From: Patescibacteria group bacterium | GTDB lineage: Bacteria > Patescibacteriota > Patescibacteriia > 2-12-FULL-60-25 | Direction of reading: 5' to 3' | Length of the DNA: 64,000 bases | Assembly (NCBI GenBank): GCA_041660225.1 | Contig: JBAZWV010000001.1 | Coordinates: 62,558-126,557, forward strand | Part shown: positions 12,449-21,760 of the stretch, one piece after another | Layout: each line of letters opens with the position of its first letter | How positions within the stretch are numbered: the first letter of the stretch is position 1 | The notes under the pieces: model-generated | The model's database searches: none | Seen by the model: the letters and a program-made list of their open reading frames with translations, nothing else | Told to the model about the DNA's origin: nothing | Made by a program: the position numbers and the translations under genes

Positions 12449-14140
12449 ATGGATGCCGTCGAGGAGATCAAAACACGGCTGGACGTCGCGGACGTCGTAC
12501 AGGAATATTTGCCGTTGAAGCCCGCGGGGAGCGGGAGTTTTAGGGGTTTGTGTCCGTTTCATCATGAGAAGACTCCCAGTTTTTATGTAAACCGGCCACG
12601 TCAGAGCTGGCATTGCTTTGGATGCAATGAGGGTGGCGACATCATCTCGTTTGTCATGCGAATGGAGGGAATGGAGTTTCGCGAAGCATTGGAGCTCTTG
12701 GCGACGAAAGCGGGCGTTGAGTTGCCGACGTTTGATGTCAAAAAACAATCGGATAAAAAACGATTGTATGAAGTGAACATGATGGCGGCGAAATATTTTC
12801 GCGCCATGTTGCTCGAATCTCCCAACGCGGAACATGCGCGGACCTACGCGGCATCGCGAGGCATTGATGATCTCACCGGCGACTTGTGGCTGATTGGATA
12901 TGCGCCGGATGGATGGTCGAATCTTACCGAGGCGTTGACAAAGAAGGGAGCGACGGAAGATGAATTGATTCGCGCGGGACTTATTGGCAAGCGCGAACAG
13001 GGGAGCGGCACGTATGATCGATTTCGGAATCGATTGATGTTTACGATTGCGGATGTCCACGGAAATATCGTCGGGTTTACGGGACGCCTGTTGTCTGACG
13101 AACAAAAGGAGGCAAAGTATGTGAACACGCCGGAAACGCAGATCTATAAAAAGAGTTCTGTTTTGTACGGTCTCGATAAGGCGAAGGGTGATATCAAGCG
13201 AGAAGACCTTGCGGTGATCGCGGAAGGAAACATGGATGTCGTAACGTCGCATCGCGTTGGCGTTGCAAACGTCGTAGCATCTTCGGGAACGGCACTGACC
13301 GGAGAGCAGTTGAATTTGATAAAACGGTTCACAACGAATCTTGCAATAGCGTTTGATCAAGACGCGGCGGGGAATGCGGCGACGATTCGCGGATTGGATC
13401 TTGCACGACAACTTGATTTCAATATTCATGTCATCACACTGCCGCCGGAAGCCGGAAAGGATCCGGATGATGTCGCGAAGAAAGACGTGAACTTGTGGCG
13501 TGATGCGATTCGAGATGCAAAAGGGATCGTTGATTGGTTGTATGTGAATGCATTTCGTGGACGTGACGTGCAAAAACCGGAAGACAAAAAATTGATCGCT
13601 CGTGATCTCCTTGTTGAGTTCCGCCGTATTCCAGATCCTGTTGAACGCGATGGATGGGTGACGCGCCTCGCTCGCGACCTCGCCGTTTCTGAAGATGCCC
13701 TTCGCGAGGCCATGAAGGGGATGAAGCCGTCTCCACCGAACACGGTTACGACCGATGCAAAGCACGCAGAACCGGTCCAAAAAAAGGCCGTAGAGGCTGA
13801 ATCGCGCCAAATACAGCTCCAAGATCGGCTGTTGGCTATTATCCAGCTCAAACCCGAGCTGCGTGCCCTTGCCCAAGAGCGTTTGGCGAGGTATCCTCTG
13901 GCCGAACCCGAAAGGGAGGATCTTTCCAACTATCTCGCGATCTTAGCGGATCGCGAGTTCGAGGATCAGTCGCTCGATACCCTGACAAAGGATCTCGAGA
14001 AGACGGCCACAGACCTGCACGAGCTGTTGCTCAAGCAGGAATGTGAGCGCCTCGAACAGGAGATGCGCGATGCAGAGCGACTTGGCGACACCGCCAGGAT
14101 CAATGCTCTCGCCGCGCAATTTACTCAGCTGAATTCTTAA
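12449..14140 (+). CDS. dnaG: DNA primase
   Basis: It has the zinc-ribbon [13 protein letters not shown]...[11 protein letters not shown] and the TOPRIM block IAEGNMDV. It sits upstream of rpoD, the classic dnaG-rpoD order. Confidence 0.95.
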   Translation: MDAVEEIKTRLDVADVVQEYLPLKPAGSGSFRGLCPFHHEKTPSFYVNRPRQSWHCFGCNEGGDIISFVMRMEGMEFREALELLATKAGVELPTFDVKKQSDKKRLYEVNMMAAKYFRAMLLESPNAEHARTYAASRGIDDLTGDLWLIGYAPDGWSNLTEALTKKGATEDELIRAGLIGKREQGSGTYDRFRNRLMFTIADVHGNIVGFTGRLLSDEQKEAKYVNTPETQIYKKSSVLYGLDKAKGDIKREDLAVIAEGNMDVVTSHRVGVANVVASSGTALTGEQLNLIKRFTTNLAIAFDQDAAGNAATIRGLDLARQLDFNIHVITLPPEAGKDPDDVAKKDVNLWRDAIRDAKGIVDWLYVNAFRGRDVQKPEDKKLIARDLLVEFRRIPDPVERDGWVTRLARDLAVSEDALREAMKGMKPSPPNTVTTDAKHAEPVQKKAVEAESRQIQLQDRLLAIIQLKPELRALAQERLARYPLAEPEREDLSNYLAILADREFEDQSLDTLTKDLEKTATDLHELLLKQECERLEQEMRDAERLGDTARINALAAQFTQLNS

Positions 14141-14187
14141 CATCCGTTTCCGGGGGCTCCGGCTCTCGTTCCTGGGTGTGCGAATCT

Positions 14188-15435
14188 ATGCCGAAAAACA
14201 CTGCCAAGAACAAGAAGAAGTTTCATAAGCCGCTTCCTCCAAAGAAGCACTCGGCCGGCAAGAAGCAAACCAAGCCGCAGCCGAAAAAACAGACGCCGGC
14301 CCAGCACCAAAAGCTGAAGCCGCGCCAAGCGTACGTCAAATCCGAACCGCCTTCACCTGAGGCGCTTGATCGGTTGTTCGAAAAAGCTCGCACGCGCAAT
14401 TTTTTGACGGAGAACGAAATTCTCTACAGCTTTCCCGAAATCGAGGACTACATTCCGGTCTATGAAAACTTCATTGACCGTCTTGATGGTGCCGGTGTCG
14501 GGATCGTCGAAATGAAGGAGGGGATTCTCGGGCGCGAAAAGGAACGCCATGAGGTCATGACCGGACTCCACAGCGCGGACGACAAGCGAGGCAAGGTTGA
14601 TCCGTTCGATCTGACGGCGGACTCGATTCAGATGTATCTCCGCGAGATCGGTAAAATCCCGCTGCTCACAGCTGAAGAAGAAGTTGCGCTCGCAAAACGA
14701 AAAGAGAAGAGCGATAAAGATGCGGAAAAGAAACTGATCGAAGCGAACCTGCGTCTCGTGGTTTCGATTGCGAAAAAATTTATCGGCAAATCACTGTCGC
14801 TCCTCGACTTGATTCAAGAAGGGAACATCGGATTGTTCCGTGCCGTGAAGAAGTTCGAATATCGTAAGGGATACAAGTTCTCGACATACGCGACCTGGTG
14901 GATCCGCCAAGCGATCACGCGTGCGCTTGCCGATCAGAGTCGCACGATCCGTATTCCGGTGCACATGGTCGAAACGATCAACAAATTCCAGCAAGTTGAA
15001 CGTCAGCTCATTCAAGACCTCGGACGCGAACCGTTGCCGGAAGAAATCGCTGCGGAAATGGGCGAGGACGTCGACAAAGTTCGTCACATCATCAAAATTT
15101 CACAGGACACGGTTTCGCTTGAAACCTCCGTTGGTGAAGATGATGAAGACTCGACACTCGAAGACTTCATCGAAGACGTCAAACACGTCACACCGGATCG
15201 CGCGGCAGGTCTCCAGCTTTTGAAAGATTACGTCGGTGACATCATCAAGGATCTTTCACCTCGCGAACAAAAGATTCTCGAAATGCGTTTCGGCCTCCAC
15301 GACGGCGTGAGCCACACGCTCGAAGAAGTCGGAAAAGAATTCGACGTCACGCGTGAACGCATCCGCCAAATCGAAGCCAAAGCCATGGAAAAGATCCAGC
15401 AACACCCGATGGTCAAGCGCCTCGTGGACTACTAG
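14188..15435 (+). CDS. rpoD: RNA polymerase sigma factor RpoD (sigma-70) with Lys/Pro-rich N-terminal tail
   Basis: Region 2 is [40 protein letters not shown]. Region 4 is [11 protein letters not shown]...[20 protein letters not shown]. The chosen start is ATG at 14188. The track start at 14176 is GTG. Confidence 0.95.
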   Translation: MPKNTAKNKKKFHKPLPPKKHSAGKKQTKPQPKKQTPAQHQKLKPRQAYVKSEPPSPEALDRLFEKARTRNFLTENEILYSFPEIEDYIPVYENFIDRLDGAGVGIVEMKEGILGREKERHEVMTGLHSADDKRGKVDPFDLTADSIQMYLREIGKIPLLTAEEEVALAKRKEKSDKDAEKKLIEANLRLVVSIAKKFIGKSLSLLDLIQEGNIGLFRAVKKFEYRKGYKFSTYATWWIRQAITRALADQSRTIRIPVHMVETINKFQQVERQLIQDLGREPLPEEIAAEMGEDVDKVRHIIKISQDTVSLETSVGEDDEDSTLEDFIEDVKHVTPDRAAGLQLLKDYVGDIIKDLSPREQKILEMRFGLHDGVSHTLEEVGKEFDVTRERIRQIEAKAMEKIQQHPMVKRLVDY

Positions 15436-15484
15436 AATCGGGTCTTGAATAACCGGGAAGGGGGTGGTACTCTCTTCCCCGCAT

Positions 15485-15559
15485 TCGAGGGTAGCTCAGC
15501 GGTAGAGCAGGGGACTGTTAATCCCTTGGTCGTGGGTTCGATCCCCACCCCTCGAGCCA
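15485..15559 (+). tRNA. tRNA-Asn (anticodon GTT), CCA encoded
   Basis: I folded the cloverleaf by hand. Acceptor is 15485-15491 with 15549-15555. The D arm is gctc/gagc. The anticodon stem is 15510-15514 with 15522-15526, loop ctGTTaa. The T arm is gtggg-ttcgatc-cccac, followed by gCCA. Confidence 0.9.
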
Positions 15560-15696
15560 GCAACAATCTCAGCATTTCGCTGGGATTTTTGTTTTGTTTG
15601 AGGGCTACCCTGATGGGATCAAAACTGATAGTCTGATAGGCAAATCGGTGCAAACAGTACTCAATAAACGCTCTAAAAAGTGAATTGTGCTTCCTT

Positions 15697-16377
15697 ATGC
15701 CACAACCTCCAAATCTTCTGAATGACGACGGTACTGCCTCCATGGCCACCATGCTTTTGATGTCCCATCACGCGTTTCGTCGTGATATCGCGCGCCTCAT
15801 TCACGCTGTTGCTCAGATCAAGGCCGGTGACGCCTCGCGTGCTGAAGCTGTGCGAGACGAGTGGGAAAAAAGTTATCGACAAGCACTCCATGGACATCAC
15901 ACGATGGAAGATGCAAACGTCTTCCCCGACATCAAGAGCAAACATCCTGATCTCGCGGCGGCACTCGAAAAACTGAGTGAGCAGCATCATCAGATTGATC
16001 CTATTCTCGAAAAAGGCGATGCGGCCTTTGTTGATCTCGCACATCCGGAAAACGCTGAAGCTGTATTAATAGAATTAAAAAAACTACTCGACGAGCACCT
16101 AGCCTTCGAAGAAGCAGAAATCACCCCCTCCCTGCGCGATGGCAAGGAATTTCCAGCGCCAGCGGACGACAATGTGGCGGCGATGTATGCCCAGGGTTTT
16201 TCCTGGAGTATGCAGGGGATCGCTCCGGAGGTACTTGATAAGGTACGAAAAATATTGCCCGACATCCTGCTCGCAAAACTCCCTGCCGCTCAAGCCGAAT
16301 TTGAGGCGCGTTCGAAACGTGTGTGGGGAACGTACGCTGTAGGGTCGGCAACGACATCGATACCGACAGAATACTAA
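15697..16377 (+). CDS. hemerythrin-like domain protein
   Basis: Repeated His/Glu/Asp metal-ligand spacing is present (SHHAFRRD, HGHHTMEDANVFPD, EQHHQIDP, LDEHLAFEE). The chosen start is ATG at 15697. Confidence 0.75.
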   Translation: MPQPPNLLNDDGTASMATMLLMSHHAFRRDIARLIHAVAQIKAGDASRAEAVRDEWEKSYRQALHGHHTMEDANVFPDIKSKHPDLAAALEKLSEQHHQIDPILEKGDAAFVDLAHPENAEAVLIELKKLLDEHLAFEEAEITPSLRDGKEFPAPADDNVAAMYAQGFSWSMQGIAPEVLDKVRKILPDILLAKLPAAQAEFEARSKRVWGTYAVGSATTSIPTEY

Positions 16378-16463
16378 CAGAGTGGCTCCCACAGCATGGA
16401 GCAGCTTACGTTACAGAGTATTTTTTGTTATATTTTAAGCTAGATTTTAAGGAGATAACACTC

Positions 16464-16871
16464 ATGAATATGAACCCTGTCGTCCACTTCGAGATGCCGT
16501 ACGAGGATAAGAACCGCATGGCGGACTTTTATTCAAAAGCGTTTGGTTGGAAGTCGCAGATTCTCGGTCCTGAGATGGGGGAGTATATTGTTGCGCAGAC
16601 GACTGAAATGGATGGAAACAACATGGTGACGAAGCCCGGAACGATCAATGGCGGTTTCTTCAAGAGATCGAAGCCGGATCAAGGCGTCTCCGTCGTCATC
16701 AGCGTTGAAGATATCCATGCAGCCATGATCAGCATCGAAGAATCCGGCGGAAAGGTCATCGGAGGACAGAACCCTGGCGAACCGGATGATATTCCGGGCA
16801 TCGGACTCTACATCTCTTTTAGAGACACCGAAGGCAATCTCGTGGGCGTTCTTCAACCGAAAGGGATGTAA
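16464..16871 (+). CDS. VOC (glyoxalase/bleomycin-resistance) family protein
   Basis: ATG at 16464 has an AAGGAG RBS at 16449-16454. The N-terminus is VVHFEMPYEDKNRMADFYSKAFGW and the C-terminus is FRDTEGNLVGVLQP. Confidence 0.8.
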   Translation: MNMNPVVHFEMPYEDKNRMADFYSKAFGWKSQILGPEMGEYIVAQTTEMDGNNMVTKPGTINGGFFKRSKPDQGVSVVISVEDIHAAMISIEESGGKVIGGQNPGEPDDIPGIGLYISFRDTEGNLVGVLQPKGM

Positions 16872-16882
16872 TCAAAACACAT

Positions 16883-17365
16883 ATGCAAAAAATCACACCG
16901 TTCATCTGGTTTGAAAAGAATAATGCGGAAGAAGCGATGAACTTCTACGTCTCCGTGTTTAAAAATGCGAAGATCGTTGAGATCTCGCGTTATCCAGAGG
17001 GGATGACGGAAGAGCACATGAAGAACATGGGCGGCAAAGTGCTCACGGGCATCTTCGAGCTCGATGGGCAACAGTTCATGTGTATCGACGGCGGCCCGGG
17101 CGTTTTCCAGCTTTCGGGAGCTATCTCGTTTCTTGTGACATGCGAGGATCAAGCTGAGATCGACCATTATTGGGAAAAACTCTCCGCCGTTCCGGAAGCC
17201 GAACAGTGCGGATGGCTGAAGGACAAGTTTGGCGTCACGTGGCAGATCGTCCCGAAGGGAATGGGAGAAATGCTGAACGGTCCGGATAAAGAAAAGACGA
17301 AACGTGCGATGCAGGCCATGTTTCAGATGAAGAAGATCGATATCGCAACATTACTAAACGCATAA
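16883..17365 (+). CDS. VOC family protein, PhnB / 3-demethylubiquinone-9 3-methyltransferase-like domain
   Basis: Blocks ITPFIWFEKNNAEEAMNFYVSVF...GKVLTGIFELDGQQFMCIDGGP...CGWLKDKFGVTWQIVP match that family. Confidence 0.8.
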   Translation: MQKITPFIWFEKNNAEEAMNFYVSVFKNAKIVEISRYPEGMTEEHMKNMGGKVLTGIFELDGQQFMCIDGGPGVFQLSGAISFLVTCEDQAEIDHYWEKLSAVPEAEQCGWLKDKFGVTWQIVPKGMGEMLNGPDKEKTKRAMQAMFQMKKIDIATLLNA

Positions 17366-17377
17366 CGAAAAAACGAT

Positions 17378-17755
17378 ATGTCGAAAAACGTGAAATACGT
17401 GGACGGATACGTTCTCGTGGTTCCGAAAAAACATCTAAACGCCTATCGACAGATGGCGGCAATGGGCTGCAAGGTTTGGAAAAAATATGGTGCGCTGGAT
17501 TACAAGGAATGCGTTGCGGAAGATGCTCGTCCGAAGGGTGTCGTCTTTCCGTTCGCGAAAGCCATGAAGGCGAAACCGAGTGAGGTTGTTATCTTTTCCT
17601 ATATTGGATTCAAATCCCGCGCACATCGCGACACCGTAAACGCAAAGGTCATGAAAGATCCCCTCATGAACGATCCGAAGTACAAAGACAAGCCCATGCC
17701 GTTCGATATGAAGCGTATGTCGTATGGAGGATTTACGGTTATCGTCAGCAAATAA
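17378..17755 (+). CDS. DUF1428 domain protein
   Basis: YVDGYVLVVPKK...YKECV...VIFSYI...SRAHRD...FDMKRMSYGGF resembles DUF1428. This is from family memory, not a search. Confidence 0.7.
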   Translation: MSKNVKYVDGYVLVVPKKHLNAYRQMAAMGCKVWKKYGALDYKECVAEDARPKGVVFPFAKAMKAKPSEVVIFSYIGFKSRAHRDTVNAKVMKDPLMNDPKYKDKPMPFDMKRMSYGGFTVIVSK

Positions 17756-17790
17756 GGACCCCTCATTTAAAAATTGACATCATTACAAAC

Positions 17791-18177
17791 ATGAACTTCC
17801 GCAATCGCAAACTCTTGATCGCTCTTCGGACGATTCTCGGCCTATTCTTCCTCATGAGCGGCGTGACCGGATTTCTGGGAGGATCAGAAATGAACGGCGT
17901 TCCAGCTCCCATGGTTCCATACATGAAAGAGCTCTGGGTCATGGGCCTTTTCCAGATGATCAAAGTGACAGAAATCGTGGCAGGCCTGATGTTGATCGTC
18001 GGATTCCTCCCGGCACTTGCCGCCGTCATTCTTGCGCCGCTGTGCATCGGCATTTTGGTGTTTAATCTGAGAATGGCTCCGGCGTATCTTCCGACGGGCA
18101 TCTTCGTCACCATTCTCACGGCGTATCTCGGCTACGCGTACTGGCCGAAATACAAAGCCTTGTTTGAACGGAAGTAA
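17791..18177 (+). CDS. DoxX-like small membrane protein
   Basis: It has four predicted TM helices. The N-terminus RTILGLFFLMSGVTGFLG resembles DoxX. Confidence 0.5.
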   Translation: MNFRNRKLLIALRTILGLFFLMSGVTGFLGGSEMNGVPAPMVPYMKELWVMGLFQMIKVTEIVAGLMLIVGFLPALAAVILAPLCIGILVFNLRMAPAYLPTGIFVTILTAYLGYAYWPKYKALFERK

Positions 18178-18181
18178 TCTC

Positions 18182-18565
18182 ATGAACAAACAATTCTACA
18201 AAGACGCCTTCGGGTGGGGTTTTGCGCTCTGGTTTATTGGATACGTTCTGGGAATCGTCCTTTTTGCATTCGTGCCGCCTTCTTTGCTTGGGTGGATCAT
18301 TATGCCGATTGGGATACTTATCACGCTCTGGGTGTTGCTGAAGAAAGTAAAAAGCACCTCGTTTCAGCACCATGCTCTCATTGCGATCACGTGGACGCTT
18401 ATCGCAATCGTTTTTGACTACGTATTTCTTGTCTTGATTTTTAAACCAGCAGACGGATACTACAAACTTGATGTGTACATCTATTATGCACTGACCCTTC
18501 TTCTCCCTTTGATTGTCGGTTGGCGGAAAAGCATGACATCAACCAAGGGCTCGAGAGGGTTTTGA
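18182..18565 (+). CDS. hypothetical membrane protein
   Basis: It has four hydrophobic segments. The chosen start is ATG at 18182. The track start at 18164 is TTG and overlaps the previous gene. Confidence 0.55.
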   Translation: MNKQFYKDAFGWGFALWFIGYVLGIVLFAFVPPSLLGWIIMPIGILITLWVLLKKVKSTSFQHHALIAITWTLIAIVFDYVFLVLIFKPADGYYKLDVYIYYALTLLLPLIVGWRKSMTSTKGSRGF

Positions 18566-18991
18566 TCAGAGCCTTTTATATTTTCGTTTCTTCACGCATG
18601 TTCGGCAAAGGCACCTATGCGCTTTAATGAATTCATCGAAGTACTCTTTTCCGTAATCATACGTAACTTCTTCGCCCGCCTTGATACGTTTCGTTGAATA
18701 AATATAGACGTGATTTTTAGAAATACGAACCTCCGCATTTGGTCGACAAGCATGGTTGACGTATCGTGCGATATTCTTCCTCGTCCCACCGAGAATCGTC
18801 TTCCCGTTCTCTAAATCGAAGAGATATCGCCCGCCGATGCCGTCCGCAACTTCGCTGGGGACGAGCTTCCCCCAATAGTCGATAATAAAGCGACCTTTCG
18901 GGATATCCTCGTCCGCGAATATTCCAAATCCGGTCGCGCTCCGACCGACATGTAGCGAGAATGTTGAAGGACGTGGAGATGGATATGGCAT
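18566..18991 (-). CDS. SET domain protein (putative protein-lysine methyltransferase) with post-SET Cys cluster
   Basis: Motifs GFGIFADEDIPKGRFIIDYWG, ARYVNHACRPNAEV, GEEVTYDYG and CLCRTC are present. The chosen start is ATG at 18991. GTG at 19030 is also possible. Confidence 0.85.
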   Translation of the reverse strand: MPYPSPRPSTFSLHVGRSATGFGIFADEDIPKGRFIIDYWGKLVPSEVADGIGGRYLFDLENGKTILGGTRKNIARYVNHACRPNAEVRISKNHVYIYSTKRIKAGEEVTYDYGKEYFDEFIKAHRCLCRTCVKKRKYKRL

Positions 18992-19158
18992 ATCTTGATG
19001 ATGACGGGAAAACCGGACATGAGTATACACGATACGGGCCTTTTTTTGTTGTGTCTCATCGGCTGCTCTGTTTGAGGCATACGTTCAACCGGAGCTTTTT
19101 TATTCTTTGTAGTCATTTTTCATGATCCCTGTTACCGTTACGCCAATCGATCTCTTTC

Positions 19159-20391
19159 ATGAAACTCGCGATCATCGGCGGTGGCGCTGCGGGTCTGATG
19201 GCAGCAGCAACGGCTCATGCAGCAAATCCATCTGCGGAGATTTTTCTGATTGAACGAAACGACGGATTGGGGAAGAAGGTGATTATTTCGGGCGGAGGAC
19301 GGTGCAATGTGACAACGGGAATTTTTGATGTACGGACGATGCTGACGCGATATCCGCGAGGCGGGAAGTTTCTTTCTTCTGCGATGCATTTGTTCCCACC
19401 AGAAAAAGTGTATGAGTGGTTTGAGTCCCACGGCGTTCCACTCAAAATCGAAGAAGACCTGCGCGTCTTCCCGCAGTCGAATGACGGGAAAGATATCGTG
19501 GGAGTATTTGAAAAACTCTTTCGATCATCGAGTGTTCACGTCTTGCTGAGTGCGTATGCGAATCATGTTGAAAAGAAGGGCGCTCAATTCCATATTTTCA
19601 TCAAAGGTGAAAAGGAACCGCTCATCGTTGATCGACTTATCCTCACGACGGGTGGTCAGGCGTATCGTCATACGGGTTCGACAGGGGATGGATATGGGTT
19701 TGCAATTGCGCTTGGACACACGCTCACGCCACTCGCCGCGAGCTTGAATGCGTTTTATACGACGGAGACGTGGCCAGCGAATATTTCCGGACTTTCATTT
19801 GAAAAAGCGAAGATTACGGCGAAGCGCGAAAAAAATCCTTCGTATACCGGACCGTTTTTGTTTACGCATAAAGGCGTGAGCGGTCCCGCGGTGTTCGCGG
19901 TGTCGTCGCTTGTCGCGTTTGAACAATACGATAAGACAAATCCGCTTGAAATCTCGATTAATCTTTTTCCGGATCTGACGACAGAGAAGTTGCGGGAACT
20001 GATTGAGGAAAAAATCTCGGAGAATCCGAAGAAACAATTTGCAAACGATCTGATCGGAATTATTCCGAAATCTCTCACGGAAATCGTATGCGAGCAGCTT
20101 GAGATCCCACAGGACAAGAAGGCGGGAGAAGTTGGAAAGAAGGATTTGATGCGTTGCGCCACCTGGCTCAAAGGAATTCCGTTGCACGTGATTGCACGCG
20201 GAGCAGGGGATGAGTTTGTGACGGCAGGCGGCGTCGAACTCAAAGACGTAAATCCGAGCACGATGGAGTCAAAACTCTGTCCGGGACTCTTCTTTGCTGG
20301 GGAAATCCTCGACATCGACGGTTTTACCGGCGGATTCAATCTCCAGGCTTCGTGGGCAACCGGGCATTTGGCAGGCGAGCATTCGGTCTAA
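19159..20391 (+). CDS. NAD(P)/FAD-dependent oxidoreductase, HI0933/BaiN family
   Basis: It has the dinucleotide fold IIGGGAAGLMAA, then GGGRCNVT and the C-terminal GGFNLQ.AW.TG. Confidence 0.85.
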   Translation: MKLAIIGGGAAGLMAAATAHAANPSAEIFLIERNDGLGKKVIISGGGRCNVTTGIFDVRTMLTRYPRGGKFLSSAMHLFPPEKVYEWFESHGVPLKIEEDLRVFPQSNDGKDIVGVFEKLFRSSSVHVLLSAYANHVEKKGAQFHIFIKGEKEPLIVDRLILTTGGQAYRHTGSTGDGYGFAIALGHTLTPLAASLNAFYTTETWPANISGLSFEKAKITAKREKNPSYTGPFLFTHKGVSGPAVFAVSSLVAFEQYDKTNPLEISINLFPDLTTEKLRELIEEKISENPKKQFANDLIGIIPKSLTEIVCEQLEIPQDKKAGEVGKKDLMRCATWLKGIPLHVIARGAGDEFVTAGGVELKDVNPSTMESKLCPGLFFAGEILDIDGFTGGFNLQASWATGHLAGEHSV

Positions 20392-20458
20392 CCCTTGCTT
20401 TTTTCCCCAAAAAGAGTATAGTGCGGCGACTGCTCATAATCATATTTTTAAGCCTTAT

Positions 20459-20869
20459 ATGCCTTATCAAAAGAAGGGTCCGGGTGGATTCAAGCGTGCA
20501 GGAAAATCGTTCGGAGACCGGAAGCCTTCTTTTGGAGGTCCGAAGGTCTGGGATCATGGCAATCGCTCCGGTGGCTTTGACCGCCCTGCGATGTTCGATG
20601 CCACGTGCAGCGAATGTCACAATGCGTGCCAGGTTCCGTTTAAGCCGACCGGTCGCCGTCCGGTTCTCTGCAACAACTGCTTCCGCAAAGACGGAGGTGG
20701 ATCGGATCGTCCTTCGTTCGGCGAGAAGCGCGATTTTGCGCCTCGCGAAGAGCGTTTCGGCGGTGCGACGAAAGACCAGAGCCGCGATCTCCTCCAGCTC
20801 AAGGAGCAGATGCGCACGGTCAACGAGAAACTCGACACGATTCTCGCCATCCTCGACGATAAAGAATAA
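20459..20869 (+). CDS. CxxC-x17-CxxC domain protein
   Basis: The sequence CSEC-HNACQVPFKPTGRRPVL-CNNC has exactly 17 residues between the two CxxC pairs. An RG-rich segment and a C-terminal coiled tail follow. The start is ATG at 20459. Confidence 0.8.
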   Translation: MPYQKKGPGGFKRAGKSFGDRKPSFGGPKVWDHGNRSGGFDRPAMFDATCSECHNACQVPFKPTGRRPVLCNNCFRKDGGGSDRPSFGEKRDFAPREERFGGATKDQSRDLLQLKEQMRTVNEKLDTILAILDDKE

Positions 20870-20873
20870 GAAC

Positions 20874-20904
20874 AAAAACCCCGGATTTTCCGGGGTTTTT
20901 CTTT
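20874..20904 (+). terminator. rho-independent terminator
   Basis: Stem aaaaaccccgg (20874-20884) pairs with ccggggttttt (20890-20900), followed by a T-tract. Confidence 0.8.
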
Positions 20905-20949
20905 GAATGCGCCGTGCTCGTGGTATTGTGAAAGAAAGGCGTTCAGAGG

Positions 20950-20978
20950 TTGACAAAAAGGCAAAAAAGTGGTAGTTT
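20950..20978 (+). promoter_or_regulatory. possible sigma-70 promoter for the M23 peptidase gene
   Basis: TTGACA at 20950-20955, a 17-nt spacer and TAGTTT at 20973-20978. The -10 element is weak. Confidence 0.3.
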
Positions 20979-20990
20979 TCCTCTTCGTTT

Positions 20991-21701
20991 ATGCGTCCTC
21001 ATCCCTTTATCCACGTTGCCGGAATTGCTGCGCTCGTCGCTATTATCGCGAGCCTGACATTGGCGTACGTGGATATTCCGGCAAAGACCGCTATTGCCGC
21101 TCCGATCACCGAGATCGTTGCTCCCGCACCGGAAATTCTTGATTCTATCGAGGTCCCGCAAGAACCTGCTCCGATCATTGTTCCGGCGAAACTCGGCTTA
21201 CCGATGACGGACGCGCTGCGCCGCGTCACCAAAAAGACGTTCGGCATGGAGGTTCATCCCGAAACCTCCCCGGTTCAGAACGATCGCTTTGACGGCTATC
21301 ACGTTGGCGTTGATTTTGAAACGGACGAAACGGAACAGGACATCGATGTGGTCGTATCCGCGATCTGCGATGGTCCATTGCTCTCGAAAAATTTTGCGAA
21401 GGGCTACGGCGGCTTCGCACTTCAATCCTGTGTACTCGATGGCGAAGACGTGATCATCACGTATGGGCATTTGGATCTTGAAAACATCGAGGTTGAACCG
21501 AAACAGATTCTCACGCGTGGCGAACGGATCGGCGTGCTCGGAAAAGGACACAGCCGCGAAACCGACGGCGTGCGCAAGCACCTGCACCTCGGCATCCATC
21601 GCGGAACGGAAACGGATATCCGCGGCTACGTGCAAAAAAAGGAAGAGATTGAGAAGTGGCTGGATGTTCTAAAATACCTGACTCCATCAACGAAGGAATA
21701 A
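20991..21701 (+). CDS. M23 family metallopeptidase
   Basis: GYHVGVDFE and HLHLGIHRG are the M23 Zn-ligand motifs. There is an N-terminal TM anchor. Confidence 0.85.
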   Translation: MRPHPFIHVAGIAALVAIIASLTLAYVDIPAKTAIAAPITEIVAPAPEILDSIEVPQEPAPIIVPAKLGLPMTDALRRVTKKTFGMEVHPETSPVQNDRFDGYHVGVDFETDETEQDIDVVVSAICDGPLLSKNFAKGYGGFALQSCVLDGEDVIITYGHLDLENIEVEPKQILTRGERIGVLGKGHSRETDGVRKHLHLGIHRGTETDIRGYVQKKEEIEKWLDVLKYLTPSTKE

Positions 21702-21732
21702 AACGCGACTCGCAAATGGGTCGCGTTTTTTG
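21700..21732 (+). terminator. rho-independent terminator
   Basis: Stem cgcgac (21704-21709) pairs with gtcgcg (21720-21725), followed by TTTTTT. Confidence 0.75.
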
Positions 21733-21760
21733 TATCCATGGAGTACGATGAAAACGAATT

